From assembly GCA_024644805.1 (NCBI GenBank), contig JAHEHC010000001.1, forward strand, positions 1 to 59,820: a stretch of DNA of 59,820 nt, written 5' to 3'. Each line of letters starts with the position of its first letter. Positions within the stretch are counted from its first letter, which is position 1. Below the pieces are notes generated by a model. It was not told the origin of the DNA and searched no databases. It saw only the letters and a list, made by a program, of their open reading frames with translations. Of this stretch, positions 40,126 to 49,025 are shown piece by piece. This stretch comes from Flavobacterium sp. Lineage in GTDB: Bacteria > Bacteroidota > Bacteroidia > Flavobacteriales > Flavobacteriaceae. Both the position numbers and the translations under genes were made by a program.

Positions 40126-41547
40126 ATGAAAATTGAACAATTATTTACAGGATGCCTTGCTGAAATGGCATACTATATAGAATCGAATGGTGAAGCTGCC
40201 ATAGTGGATCCTTTAAGAGAAACAGAACCCTACTTGAGAATGGCTGAGGCCGATCAAGCAAAGATCAAGTATATTTTCCTAACCCATTTTCATGCCGACT
40301 TTGTTTCTGGTCAGTATGACCTGGCACAAAAAACAGGAGCCAAGATCATCTTCGGCCCTAATGCAAAAGCTGATTATGAGATCTATAACGGGTCCGATGG
40401 AGAAGAGTTTCCACTCGGAAAAGGAAAGATCACTTTATTACACACTCCAGGACATACTATGGAGTCTTCATCTTATCTGGTAACCGATGATGAAGGAAAT
40501 ACTCCTTGTGTCTTAACAGGCGATTGTCTGTTCATTGGAGATGTTGGACGTCCTGACCTTGCAGTAAAGCAAGGTTCGATCACCGAGAAGGATCTTGCAG
40601 GATTCTTATTTGATTCCTTAAGAAATAAGATCATGACATTACCTGACGATATCGTGGTTTATCCAAATCATGGTGCCGGTTCTGCATGTGGTAAGAACAT
40701 GAGCTCGGAAACCTTTGATACATTAGGCAATCAGAAGAAAACCAATTATGCCCTTCGTGCCGACATGACCAAAGAGGAATTCATCGAAGAGGTGACCACT
40801 GGATTAAAGCCACCACCACAATATTTCCCCAATAATGTAAGAATGAACAAATCGATCAATACCAGTATCGATGAGGTTCTTCATAAAGGGACCACTCCAT
40901 TGGATCCAGCAACATTCAAAGAATTGAGTGAGCAAAAAGATGTTTTGGTTGTGGACACCCGTTCAAAAGATTCCTATGCTAATGAAGGCACCGTTCCCGG
41001 AGCCTGGTATATAGGAATAGATGGGAATTTTGCTCCTTGGGTAGGCGCCCTGATTAGGAATATCGATCAAAAGATCATATTTATTGCCGATGACGAACTG
41101 CGTGTTGATGAGATCGTTACTCGATTCTCCAGAGTAGGTTATGACAATACACTTGGATTTTTGAACGGTGGAATACCCGATTGGTTAGCGCATGGCTATG
41201 AAGTAGATAAAATAGGATCAATGTCGGCAGCAAAATTTGCTGAACTTTTGAGTGAAGGAGCCTTAGAAAGACCGGTTGATGTCAGAAAAGAAACAGAGTA
41301 TCAATCTGAGCATGTGGTTGGTGTAGGTAATTTCCCATTGGATACCATTCATTCCAATTTTTCTGAGATCGATCCCGATAAGGAATATTTCTTACACTGT
41401 GCCAGTGGATATCGTTCTTTGATCGCAGCATCCATTTTTATGGCCAATGGTGTTAAGAAAGTAACCGACATCAGAGGAGGGTTCAATGATCTCAAGGAGA
41501 CCAAAGCACCTCTAACTGAATATGTTTGTCCGACGACCTTGCTATAG
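40126..41547 (+). CDS. CstB-like persulfide dioxygenase (MBL fold) fused to pseudo-rhodanese and rhodanese domains
   Basis: THFHADF, HTPGHT, GDVGRPDL, HGAGSACG; C-terminal CASGYRS. Confidence 0.88.
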   Translation: MKIEQLFTGCLAEMAYYIESNGEAAIVDPLRETEPYLRMAEADQAKIKYIFLTHFHADFVSGQYDLAQKTGAKIIFGPNAKADYEIYNGSDGEEFPLGKGKITLLHTPGHTMESSSYLVTDDEGNTPCVLTGDCLFIGDVGRPDLAVKQGSITEKDLAGFLFDSLRNKIMTLPDDIVVYPNHGAGSACGKNMSSETFDTLGNQKKTNYALRADMTKEEFIEEVTTGLKPPPQYFPNNVRMNKSINTSIDEVLHKGTTPLDPATFKELSEQKDVLVVDTRSKDSYANEGTVPGAWYIGIDGNFAPWVGALIRNIDQKIIFIADDELRVDEIVTRFSRVGYDNTLGFLNGGIPDWLAHGYEVDKIGSMSAAKFAELLSEGALERPVDVRKETEYQSEHVVGVGNFPLDTIHSNFSEIDPDKEYFLHCASGYRSLIAASIFMANGVKKVTDIRGGFNDLKETKAPLTEYVCPTTLL

Positions 41548-41577
41548 TACTGTCTGTCGTTAAATTCATATTCTATT

Positions 41578-41898
41578 ATGGAACATATTGAAGCCACTGA
41601 TTGGAACGATAGGATCGAAAATGACGGATCGGCTATAATAGTTGATACCCGAACCCACAGAGAGTGGAATAGGGGGGCTATAAAAGATTCTGTTCTATTG
41701 GATGTGTTAAATCCATATTCCTTTATGAATCAAGCTCAAAATCTCGATAAGGCCAAGAGTTATTACCTATACTGCCAAACAGGGGTTCGAAGTGTACAGG
41801 CTTGTATGATATTGGAGAATATGGGATTTAAAAAGACCTATAATTTAAGAGGTGGTATTGTAAGGTATCACGGTAGTCTGACAACTCCAGAAATATAA
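41578..41898 (+). CDS. single-domain rhodanese
   Basis: VDTRT..EW..G.I, YCQTGVRS, LRGG. Confidence 0.9.
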   Translation: MEHIEATDWNDRIENDGSAIIVDTRTHREWNRGAIKDSVLLDVLNPYSFMNQAQNLDKAKSYYLYCQTGVRSVQACMILENMGFKKTYNLRGGIVRYHGSLTTPEI

Positions 41899-41952
41899 TT
41901 GAATTACAATATGGTTTATATTTAAATTACTGTTTTTATTGGTTGGTTAGAT

Positions 41953-42002
41953 AAGGAAGTGGGTGTTCATTTAAGAAAAACATCTGCTTCCTTTCTTTTT
42001 TT
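41953..42002 (+). terminator. probable rho-independent terminator
   Basis: AAGGAAGTGGGTGTT / AACATCTGCTTCCTT (G-U pairs) plus T-run. Confidence 0.6.
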
Positions 42003-42049
42003 ACGACCAGTATGTTTATTTTTATTTTTTAAACCATAAATTCAAATCT

Positions 42050-42418
42050 ATGAATAGGATAATTTTGTTACTGTTTATCGTGCTGATCTCATCCTGTAAT
42101 GAGCCGATAGCACAAAACACAATTGTTTCGGTCGAGGAGTTCAAAACGTTGGTTCTGGATAAGGATGTCCAGTTGGTTGATGTTAGAACTCAAGATGAAT
42201 TTAACGACGGACACATAGGCCATGCGATGAATATCGATTATTTTGAGGAAGATATATTTACTCAAAAATTTGATCAGTTCGATAAGGGTAAGCCCATATA
42301 TATCTATTGTAAATCAGGCCGACGAAGTCAGAAGGCAGCAAAAATATTGCAGGAGTTAGGTTTCAATGAAATTATCGACCTAAAAGGAGGCTATGACGCC
42401 TGGATTGACACAAATTAA
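42050..42418 (+). CDS. rhodanese lipoprotein
   Basis: Signal peptide with ISSC lipobox; DVRT..EF..GHI, YCKSGRRS. Confidence 0.88.
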   Translation: MNRIILLLFIVLISSCNEPIAQNTIVSVEEFKTLVLDKDVQLVDVRTQDEFNDGHIGHAMNIDYFEEDIFTQKFDQFDKGKPIYIYCKSGRRSQKAAKILQELGFNEIIDLKGGYDAWIDTN

Positions 42419-42424
42419 GAAAAC

Positions 42425-42694
42425 ATGAAAACAGAACTTATAATACAAAATTTAAAATGTGGTGGTTGTGCAAATACCATTGTCACCAAATTATCGGAAG
42501 TGAACAATATTTCAAACGTGAGTGTGGATGTTGAGTCGTCTATGGTCACTTTTGAACATGTCTTTGAAAATGATATCGATAAGGCTGTTGAGAAATTGGC
42601 ATCATTGGGATATCCTGTTGAAGGAGATAAGAACTCTGTCATATCTAAAGCCAAATCTTTTGTGAGTTGTGCAGTAGGAAGAATGTCAAATTAA
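42425..42694 (+). CDS. heavy-metal-associated (HMA/CopZ-like) protein
   Basis: NLKCGGCA, LGY; extra C-terminal SFVSCA. Confidence 0.88.
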   Translation: MKTELIIQNLKCGGCANTIVTKLSEVNNISNVSVDVESSMVTFEHVFENDIDKAVEKLASLGYPVEGDKNSVISKAKSFVSCAVGRMSN

Positions 42695-42860
42695 TCGTGG
42701 GATTCGTTTTCACATCATCCCTTAAATAACCCATTTTATATATTTTACTTACTTTTAAGGACCTGAATCTTTATTTCATAGTCCAGAGCAATCATAATAT
42801 CAGTTATTGTTTCGCAATTGAATAACACTCAACTTAACCAGGAAATGGAAACAATACATT

Positions 42861-43895
42861 ATGAGCAAAACAACTTTTTCTTTTAAAAAACTGGTACAAG
42901 CAGTGAATTCGATATCCTGCTTTATCATGTTGATCATCGTTTTATTTCTTCTATTCAAATACGAGGTTTTCAATAATGATACGGCCAAATTAGAAGATAA
43001 ACCCGTAGACCCTATAACTGCAAATTACAACACCTCCGGCTTGGATGATTCTGAAGAAAATCTTTTAATAAAGTACGGGTTCGAATTATTCCAGAATACG
43101 CCTAAGTACATTGGTCCTGAAAACGGAAAAAGTGAAATGGCCTATGCCGGAAATAACCTAGCATGCACCAACTGTCATTTATATGCAGGCACCAAAAAAT
43201 ATTCAGGGATGTTGATTGGTGTTATAAATCGCTTCCCGCAGTACAGAGGACGTGAAAATAAGATTGGAACTATAGAGGAGCGCATCGATGGTTGTATGGA
43301 GCGAAGTATGAATGGGAAAAAGATCCCCAAGGACAGTAAAGAAATGAAGGCGTTTGTAAGTTATTTGGAGTGGCTAAGTCGATATGGCCCTGACGATGGA
43401 AAACTGGATGGATTAGGGTATGCAACATTTACCATCCCGAACCGTCCAATTGACTATGAAAAAGGGCAGTCCATATTCGAAGCCAAGTGTGCCTTATGTC
43501 ATGGTGTTAATGGAGATGGCGTCAAGAGCAAGGATTCACCAGTTTATATATATCCTCCTCTATGGGGCAGCGATTCTTATAACAATGGGGCAGGAATGAC
43601 CCGTGTGATCACAGCAGCGCAGTTTATAAAGACCAACATGCCCTTTGGTGCCACCTATGAGAATCCCATACTGAGCGATGAAGAATGCTATGATGTTGCA
43701 GGATATATCAATCAGCAAGAGAGACCGGTCAAAGATAATTTGGAGGCTGATTTTCCGGATCTGACAAAAAAACCCGTTTCGGCCCCTTATCCTCCTTATG
43801 CAGATAAGTTCTCGGTAGAACAACACCGAGTTGGACCATTTCAACCCATAATGGATTTTTACAAACAACGATACGGCATTGTGAAAAAGAAATAA
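42861..43895 (+). CDS. tsdA: thiosulfate dehydrogenase/tetrathionate reductase (dihaem cytochrome c)
   Basis: CTNCH and CALCH haem motifs; RIDGCMERSMNG catalytic Cys; PPLWG..SYNNGAGM; NMP; N-terminal TM anchor. Confidence 0.9.
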   Translation: MSKTTFSFKKLVQAVNSISCFIMLIIVLFLLFKYEVFNNDTAKLEDKPVDPITANYNTSGLDDSEENLLIKYGFELFQNTPKYIGPENGKSEMAYAGNNLACTNCHLYAGTKKYSGMLIGVINRFPQYRGRENKIGTIEERIDGCMERSMNGKKIPKDSKEMKAFVSYLEWLSRYGPDDGKLDGLGYATFTIPNRPIDYEKGQSIFEAKCALCHGVNGDGVKSKDSPVYIYPPLWGSDSYNNGAGMTRVITAAQFIKTNMPFGATYENPILSDEECYDVAGYINQQERPVKDNLEADFPDLTKKPVSAPYPPYADKFSVEQHRVGPFQPIMDFYKQRYGIVKKK

Positions 43896-44038
43896 TTAAT
43901 TTGAAGTAAAAAACCTATAATATTAATTTTCAACACATTAAATTTATTTTTTAACCGTAAATTTTTATATTTGAGAAATCTCGCCCTTTTTTAAAATCAG
44001 ACCTGCAATAATAAATTACTAACTAACACCAATTAATT

Positions 44039-44719
44039 ATGAGTACAAAAAACAACAATTCAAGAAGAAAATTTTTAGGCACTTTAGCAATGGGAGCAGC
44101 AGCAAGCGGTTTATCCGTTTTAGCCAACCCGTTACAGGCAAACTCATTTTCTTTTGATGAAGAGAATATGAATGATGCCGATAAATGGTTCAAGAATATT
44201 AAAGGGACCCATAGGATCGTATATGATGGATCTACTCCTCATGACGGATTTCCCATCATTTGGAACTGGGCATTTTATCATACCAACAACCAAACCGGTA
44301 CCAAAGATGAAGATATGACAGCCATGACCGTTATAAGACATAACGCCATAGGCTTTGCTTTGGAAGATCGTCTTTGGGAAAAGTATGCCTTGGGCGAATT
44401 GTTTGAGGTCAAGGACAATTCAACAGGAAATCCTTCTACAAGGAATACGGTCTATGAGCCTCAGGAAGGCGATTTCCCATTTACATTCATTCAGGGCATC
44501 AAGCAACTTCAGGAACGTGGCGCCATGTTCTGTGTCTGTGATCTTGCATTGAATGTATACAGCGGTATGGTTGCCCAGAAAATGAACTTGGATCCTACAG
44601 AGGTCTATAATGACTGGAAAAGTGGAGTACTTCCTGATATTCAAGTTGTGCCATCCGGAGTATGGGCATTAGGGAGAGCTCAGGAGCACGGATGTGGATA
44701 TATTTTTGCAGGAAACTAA
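44039..44719 (+). CDS. Tat-exported protein, probable DsrE-like fold
   Basis: SRRKFL Tat motif plus h-region; IKQLQERGAMFCVCDLAL and VVPSGV..L..AQEHG.GYI resemble DsrE; TATATTTG at 43966-73. Confidence 0.65.
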   Translation: MSTKNNNSRRKFLGTLAMGAAASGLSVLANPLQANSFSFDEENMNDADKWFKNIKGTHRIVYDGSTPHDGFPIIWNWAFYHTNNQTGTKDEDMTAMTVIRHNAIGFALEDRLWEKYALGELFEVKDNSTGNPSTRNTVYEPQEGDFPFTFIQGIKQLQERGAMFCVCDLALNVYSGMVAQKMNLDPTEVYNDWKSGVLPDIQVVPSGVWALGRAQEHGCGYIFAGN

Positions 44720-44740
44720 TCACATATAACTATTTAGATC

Positions 44741-45154
44741 ATGAAAAAATATTTCTTATTTATTCTAACATTGGTCTTGTCATTAAATCTTTATGCTCAA
44801 GAAAATCCAGTGAAAATTGTATTCGATGTAACCAGTAGTAATGTCAATGTACATCAAGCTGCTGTAAGACATGTTAAAATGATGTCTCAAGCTTATCCCG
44901 ATTCCGAATTTGAAGTGGTCATGTATAGCGGATCCATTGACATGGTCTTAAAAGACAAATCTTCTGTGGCTGAGGATATGGAAGAGCTTGCCAAAAACGA
45001 TAATATCACCTTCGTTGTTTGCAAAGGCACTATGAAAAGACATAAGATCTCCGAAGATCAAATAATTCCTGGGGTAAAACAAGTGCCTGACGGAATATTG
45101 GAGATCATAAACAAACAACAAGAAGGATGGGGTTATATTAAAGAAGGACAGTAA
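44741..45154 (+). CDS. exported DsrE/DsrF family protein
   Basis: Sec signal (LYA-Q); KIVFD, FVVCKGTM, VPDGILEI..KQQEGWGYIK. Confidence 0.85.
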   Translation: MKKYFLFILTLVLSLNLYAQENPVKIVFDVTSSNVNVHQAAVRHVKMMSQAYPDSEFEVVMYSGSIDMVLKDKSSVAEDMEELAKNDNITFVVCKGTMKRHKISEDQIIPGVKQVPDGILEIINKQQEGWGYIKEGQ

Positions 45155-45185
45155 TTTTCTTTATCCCTAATCAAATTTAATATTT

Positions 45186-45216
45186 AAAGAAGTCACGATA
45201 GTGGCTTCTTTTTTTT
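45186..45216 (+). terminator. rho-independent terminator
   Basis: AAAGAAGTCAC-GATA-GTGGCTTCTTT plus T-run. Confidence 0.8.
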
Positions 45217-45251
45217 GTGCTTAAATTAGCATTTTAATTTATTTTAAAATT

Positions 45252-45842
45252 ATGATCTTAGATGAATCCTTTTGGGATAACCGCTATAAACAAAATGATA
45301 TAGGGTGGGATATTGGATATGTTTCTACTCCATTGAAAGCCTATTTCGATCAACTTAAAAACAAGGAATTGAAAATTCTGATCCCTGGAGGAGGAAACTC
45401 CTACGAAGCTGAGTATCTTTACCATTCGGGTTTTAAAAATATCCATGTGATTGATCTGTCTAAGACCGCTCTATTAAATCTAAAAAGAAGGGTTCCTAAT
45501 TTTCCAGATCATAACTTGATCCATAAGAATTTCTTTGATCTTGAAGCTAAATTTGATCTTATCATAGAACAGACTTTCTTTTGTGCTTTAGACCCTTCCC
45601 TCAGACACAACTACGTGACTAAAACCCATGAACTCCTGTTGAAAAAAGGGAAACTGGTTGGGCTGTTATTTAATATCCCATTGAATGTGGATCATCCTCC
45701 ATATGGAGGGACTAAAGAAGAGTATCGGTCACTTTTTGACGCCTATTTTGATCTTGATATTTTTGATTTATCCTATAATTCAATTCCAAAGCGAAGATCA
45801 AATGAATTGTTTATAAAATTTATTAAGAAACCCATATCTTAG
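45252..45842 (+). CDS. TPMT-like (thiol/halide) SAM-dependent methyltransferase
   Basis: FWDNRY...GWDIG, ILIPGGG, EQTFFCAL, HPPYGG. Confidence 0.85.
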   Translation: MILDESFWDNRYKQNDIGWDIGYVSTPLKAYFDQLKNKELKILIPGGGNSYEAEYLYHSGFKNIHVIDLSKTALLNLKRRVPNFPDHNLIHKNFFDLEAKFDLIIEQTFFCALDPSLRHNYVTKTHELLLKKGKLVGLLFNIPLNVDHPPYGGTKEEYRSLFDAYFDLDIFDLSYNSIPKRRSNELFIKFIKKPIS

Positions 45843-45859
45843 GATTCTTCTCATTCTTT

Positions 45860-46732
45860 TTATTTTTTAAAGAACCCATACCCCAATTGACCAAAAAAGC
45901 CTTTTGGAAACGATTCCTCATCTGGAAAGCCAAGTTCAATGGTTCCGCTATCTTCCGGAACATGATCGGTTCCGAAAATATAGTCCCAAATACTCAGGCT
46001 GATCCCAAAATTTATTCCCCTATTTCTCCCTTCAGGTAATTCCTTTATATGATGATACAGGTGCATTACCGAATTATTGAAGATGTACTTTAATGGCCCC
46101 CAGGTGATCTTGATATTGGCATGGTTCAAATGTCCAATAGTTATGGCAATAAAATGGACAATAAATGCTTGTTCTGGCTCAAAACCTCCCAATATCATCA
46201 CTCCAAATACCTTCAGGGGTTTGTACAATATGTTTTCCATCCAATGGTATCTGAGATGGGCAGCAAATCCCATTTCCTTGACCGAATGATGGACCTTATG
46301 AAATCGCCACAGAAACTCATATCGGTGTAATAGCACATGAGTGAACCATTGAACAAAATCGATAACGACAAAAAAGACCAGCAGTTGACTCCATTTTGGC
46401 CAATCCGAAATATCGATCAATGCAAGGCTTTTTGCTGTTATGCCCAGATCGAAAAAAAGAACCTCGATCATCTTATACACTCCACTTATAACGATCGCAA
46501 AAATGAAGAAATTAAAGAACATATAGAATCCATCCAACCAAAAATCACGTCTAAAAATGGATTGATCCTTCCTCCAGGGAAATACCATTTCCAATATCCA
46601 TACTGCTACAGAAATAGCAATAAGTCCCCAAAAATAATTGGTATACCAGGGAACCTCAAATAGAATGGATTCTATGGTCCAATCAAGAGTGCCCAGAAAT
46701 GCTTCCTTAAATGAATTCAGATAATTCTCCAT
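45860..46732 (-). CDS. sterol desaturase / fatty acid hydroxylase family membrane protein
   Basis: HVLLH, HKVHH, HLNHAN, HLYHH, WDYIFGT. Confidence 0.9.
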   Translation of the reverse strand: MENYLNSFKEAFLGTLDWTIESILFEVPWYTNYFWGLIAISVAVWILEMVFPWRKDQSIFRRDFWLDGFYMFFNFFIFAIVISGVYKMIEVLFFDLGITAKSLALIDISDWPKWSQLLVFFVVIDFVQWFTHVLLHRYEFLWRFHKVHHSVKEMGFAAHLRYHWMENILYKPLKVFGVMILGGFEPEQAFIVHFIAITIGHLNHANIKITWGPLKYIFNNSVMHLYHHIKELPEGRNRGINFGISLSIWDYIFGTDHVPEDSGTIELGFPDEESFPKGFFGQLGYGFFKK

Positions 46733-46792
46733 ATGCAGTTAACTTTCAATTGTATTGAACAGCGAAACTAATTCAATTTCCAGACCATTAAA

Positions 46793-46806
46793 GTAACAAA
46801 TGTTAC
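46793..46806. promoter_or_regulatory. operator 4 GTAAC-AAAT-GTTAC between divergent promoters
   Basis: 23 bp from TATATTAG (+, 46830-37) and 22 bp from TAGTTTCG (-, 46770-63). Confidence 0.75.
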
Positions 46807-46986
46807 TTGAAGAAGCATATAATTTTACTTATATTAGTGGTGCTGAATGCATTAAATCTGCTAACCGATCAACTTCAATGAAAATTAAAAAAAATAATTC
46901 GGGTTGTTTTGGCCTGTCTGGTCTGTGTCGCCATTATAAGCAGTATTGTTTTTTATTAAAATAGAATACAACTAAAATCAAATATC

Positions 46987-47193
46987 ATGAAAAAAAACAT
47001 GGGAAGTACCGATCGAATTATTCGAACTATTATTGTTTTAGGAATTGTAGCTCTTTATTATTTTAAAGTTATTGATGGCACCCTTGGATATATCCTCATT
47101 GCACTTGCAGCGATTTCATTACTAACCAGTTTGGTAAGTTTTTGTCCATTGTATGTTCCGTTTGGTATCAATACTTGCAAAACAAAAAAATGA
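46987..47193 (+). CDS. DUF2892 (YgaP-like membrane domain) protein
   Basis: MKKNMG..DRIIR, two TM helices, FCPLY..FGINTC. Confidence 0.9.
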   Translation: MKKNMGSTDRIIRTIIVLGIVALYYFKVIDGTLGYILIALAAISLLTSLVSFCPLYVPFGINTCKTKK

Positions 47194-47215
47194 TTCATTA
47201 AACTCATTGTCTAAT

Positions 47216-47243
47216 AAGCCCGCCATTTTGGATGGGCTTTTTT
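47216..47243 (+). terminator. possible terminator between DUF2892 and rhodanese
   Basis: AAGCCCGCCA / TGGATGGGCTT imperfect stem plus T-run. Confidence 0.5.
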
Positions 47244-47257
47244 CAATCCCTAATTAA

Positions 47258-47593
47258 ATGTCATTTTTAAGTTTTCTTTTTAAGAATAAATACAGCGAGC
47301 AGATAAAAATTGTTGGCCCTGACGATTTTAAAATCCTAATGAAAAGATCAAAAGCTCAGCTAATCGATGTGAGAACTCCGAATGAGTTTAGATCGAATAA
47401 AATAAAGGGGGCAAAGAATATAAATTATCATTCTCGGGATTTCATGAAAGAGATCAATACGTTGGATAAGAACAAGCCGGTATTGGTATATTGTAAAAGT
47501 GGGTTTCGAAGCCGTAGATCAGCAAAAAAATTGGCAAAACTTGGATATACTGAGATCTATGATCTAAAAGGTGGAATCATGAACTGGTATTAA
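47258..47593 (+). CDS. single-domain rhodanese
   Basis: DVRTPNEF, YCKSGFRS, DLKGG. Confidence 0.9.
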   Translation: MSFLSFLFKNKYSEQIKIVGPDDFKILMKRSKAQLIDVRTPNEFRSNKIKGAKNINYHSRDFMKEINTLDKNKPVLVYCKSGFRSRRSAKKLAKLGYTEIYDLKGGIMNWY

Positions 47594-47668
47594 TAAATAT
47601 TCTGATGTATACTGTCATATCATCAAAATTACTATGATCTAACTGATAATAATTAAAATATTCTTAAA

Positions 47669-47682
47669 GTAACATTAGTTAC
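47669..47682. promoter_or_regulatory. operator 5 GTAAC-ATTA-GTTAC
   Basis: Palindrome 22 bp upstream of TACTTTTG (47705-12). Confidence 0.78.
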
Positions 47683-47773
47683 ATTATGAATTCCTTAAAA
47701 GCAGTACTTTTGTGGTATAATTAGATATACATTCATTTTAATAGTATTTAATTAATAAACCAATCCGTAAAAA

Positions 47774-49006
47774 ATGAAAAATCTGCTTGTTTTAGGTGCG
47801 GGAACCGCGGGAACCATGATGGTCAATCATCTGAGGCCTAAATTGAACATGAAAGAGTGGAACATCACCATTGTCGATCAATACAAAACCCATTATTATC
47901 AACCAGGATTTCTATTCCTTCCCTTCGATATCTATACCGAAGATCAGGTAAGAAAAGTTGGTAAGAAATTTATTCCAAAAGGAGTGAATTATATTCAAAA
48001 GGAGATCAAACAGATATTCCCGGAAGAGAATAAGGTGGATCTGATCGATGAATCCCTTTCCTATGATATTCTTATCATAGCTACTGGATCGAAAGTGGTA
48101 CCTGAAGAGGTAGAAGGCATGAAAGGTAAGAATTGGTATAAGAATGTATTCGATTTTTACACCTTTGAAGGTTCCTTGGCCTTACGAAATAAATTAAGAG
48201 AGTGGGAAGGTGGTAAATTGGTGGTACATGTTACCGAAATGCCAATCAAATGTCCGGTTGCTCCTTTGGAATTTGCATTTTTGGCCGATTCGTACTTTAA
48301 AAAGAAAGGTATGAGGGACAAAGTGGAGATCACCTATGTGACTCCGCTGGATGCTGCTTTTACCAAGAAAAAGAGTTCTGAGGCATTAGGGTATCTGTTA
48401 AAAGATAAGGATATTCATTTGGAAACCGACTTTGCCATCGAGCATGTTGATAACGATCAGAACAAGATCGTTGATTATATTGAACGGGAAATAGAATATG
48501 ATCTATTGGTGACCGTACCAACAAATATGGGTGATCAACTACTTGAAAGATCAGGCATGGGCGATGATCTGAACTTTGTTCCAACCCATCATCAAACACT
48601 ACAATCCTTAGATCATGAAAATGTATTTGTAATTGGAGATGCAACCAATGTACCGGCTTCCAAAGCAGGATCTGTGGCTCATTTTCAGGCGGAGACCCTA
48701 ACTGACAATATCCTTCTGTATATTGATAACAAACCTCTTAAAGAAGAATTTGACGGTCATTCCAATTGTTTTATAGAAACAGGAAACAATAAGGCCTTAT
48801 TGATCGATTTCAATTACAAACAAGAACCAGTAGAAGGAAAATTTCCATTTGCAGGAATCGGTCCATTAAGACTATTAAAGGAAAGTGTATTGAACCATTG
48901 GGGGAAACTCGCTTTCAGATGGATCTATTGGAATATGTTACTCAAAGGGATCGCAATCCCGTTTGTGAGTAGAAATATGAAATTATCAGGTAAAAAAATT
49001 AATTAA
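47774..49006 (+). CDS. sqr: sulfide:quinone oxidoreductase (type III-like)
   Basis: LGAGTAG FAD motif, HYYQPG, IKCPVAPLE and FDGHSNCF redox Cys pair, IGDA. Confidence 0.85.
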   Translation: MKNLLVLGAGTAGTMMVNHLRPKLNMKEWNITIVDQYKTHYYQPGFLFLPFDIYTEDQVRKVGKKFIPKGVNYIQKEIKQIFPEENKVDLIDESLSYDILIIATGSKVVPEEVEGMKGKNWYKNVFDFYTFEGSLALRNKLREWEGGKLVVHVTEMPIKCPVAPLEFAFLADSYFKKKGMRDKVEITYVTPLDAAFTKKKSSEALGYLLKDKDIHLETDFAIEHVDNDQNKIVDYIEREIEYDLLVTVPTNMGDQLLERSGMGDDLNFVPTHHQTLQSLDHENVFVIGDATNVPASKAGSVAHFQAETLTDNILLYIDNKPLKEEFDGHSNCFIETGNNKALLIDFNYKQEPVEGKFPFAGIGPLRLLKESVLNHWGKLAFRWIYWNMLLKGIAIPFVSRNMKLSGKKIN

Positions 49007-49025
49007 AGATTTTAAATATTATATC

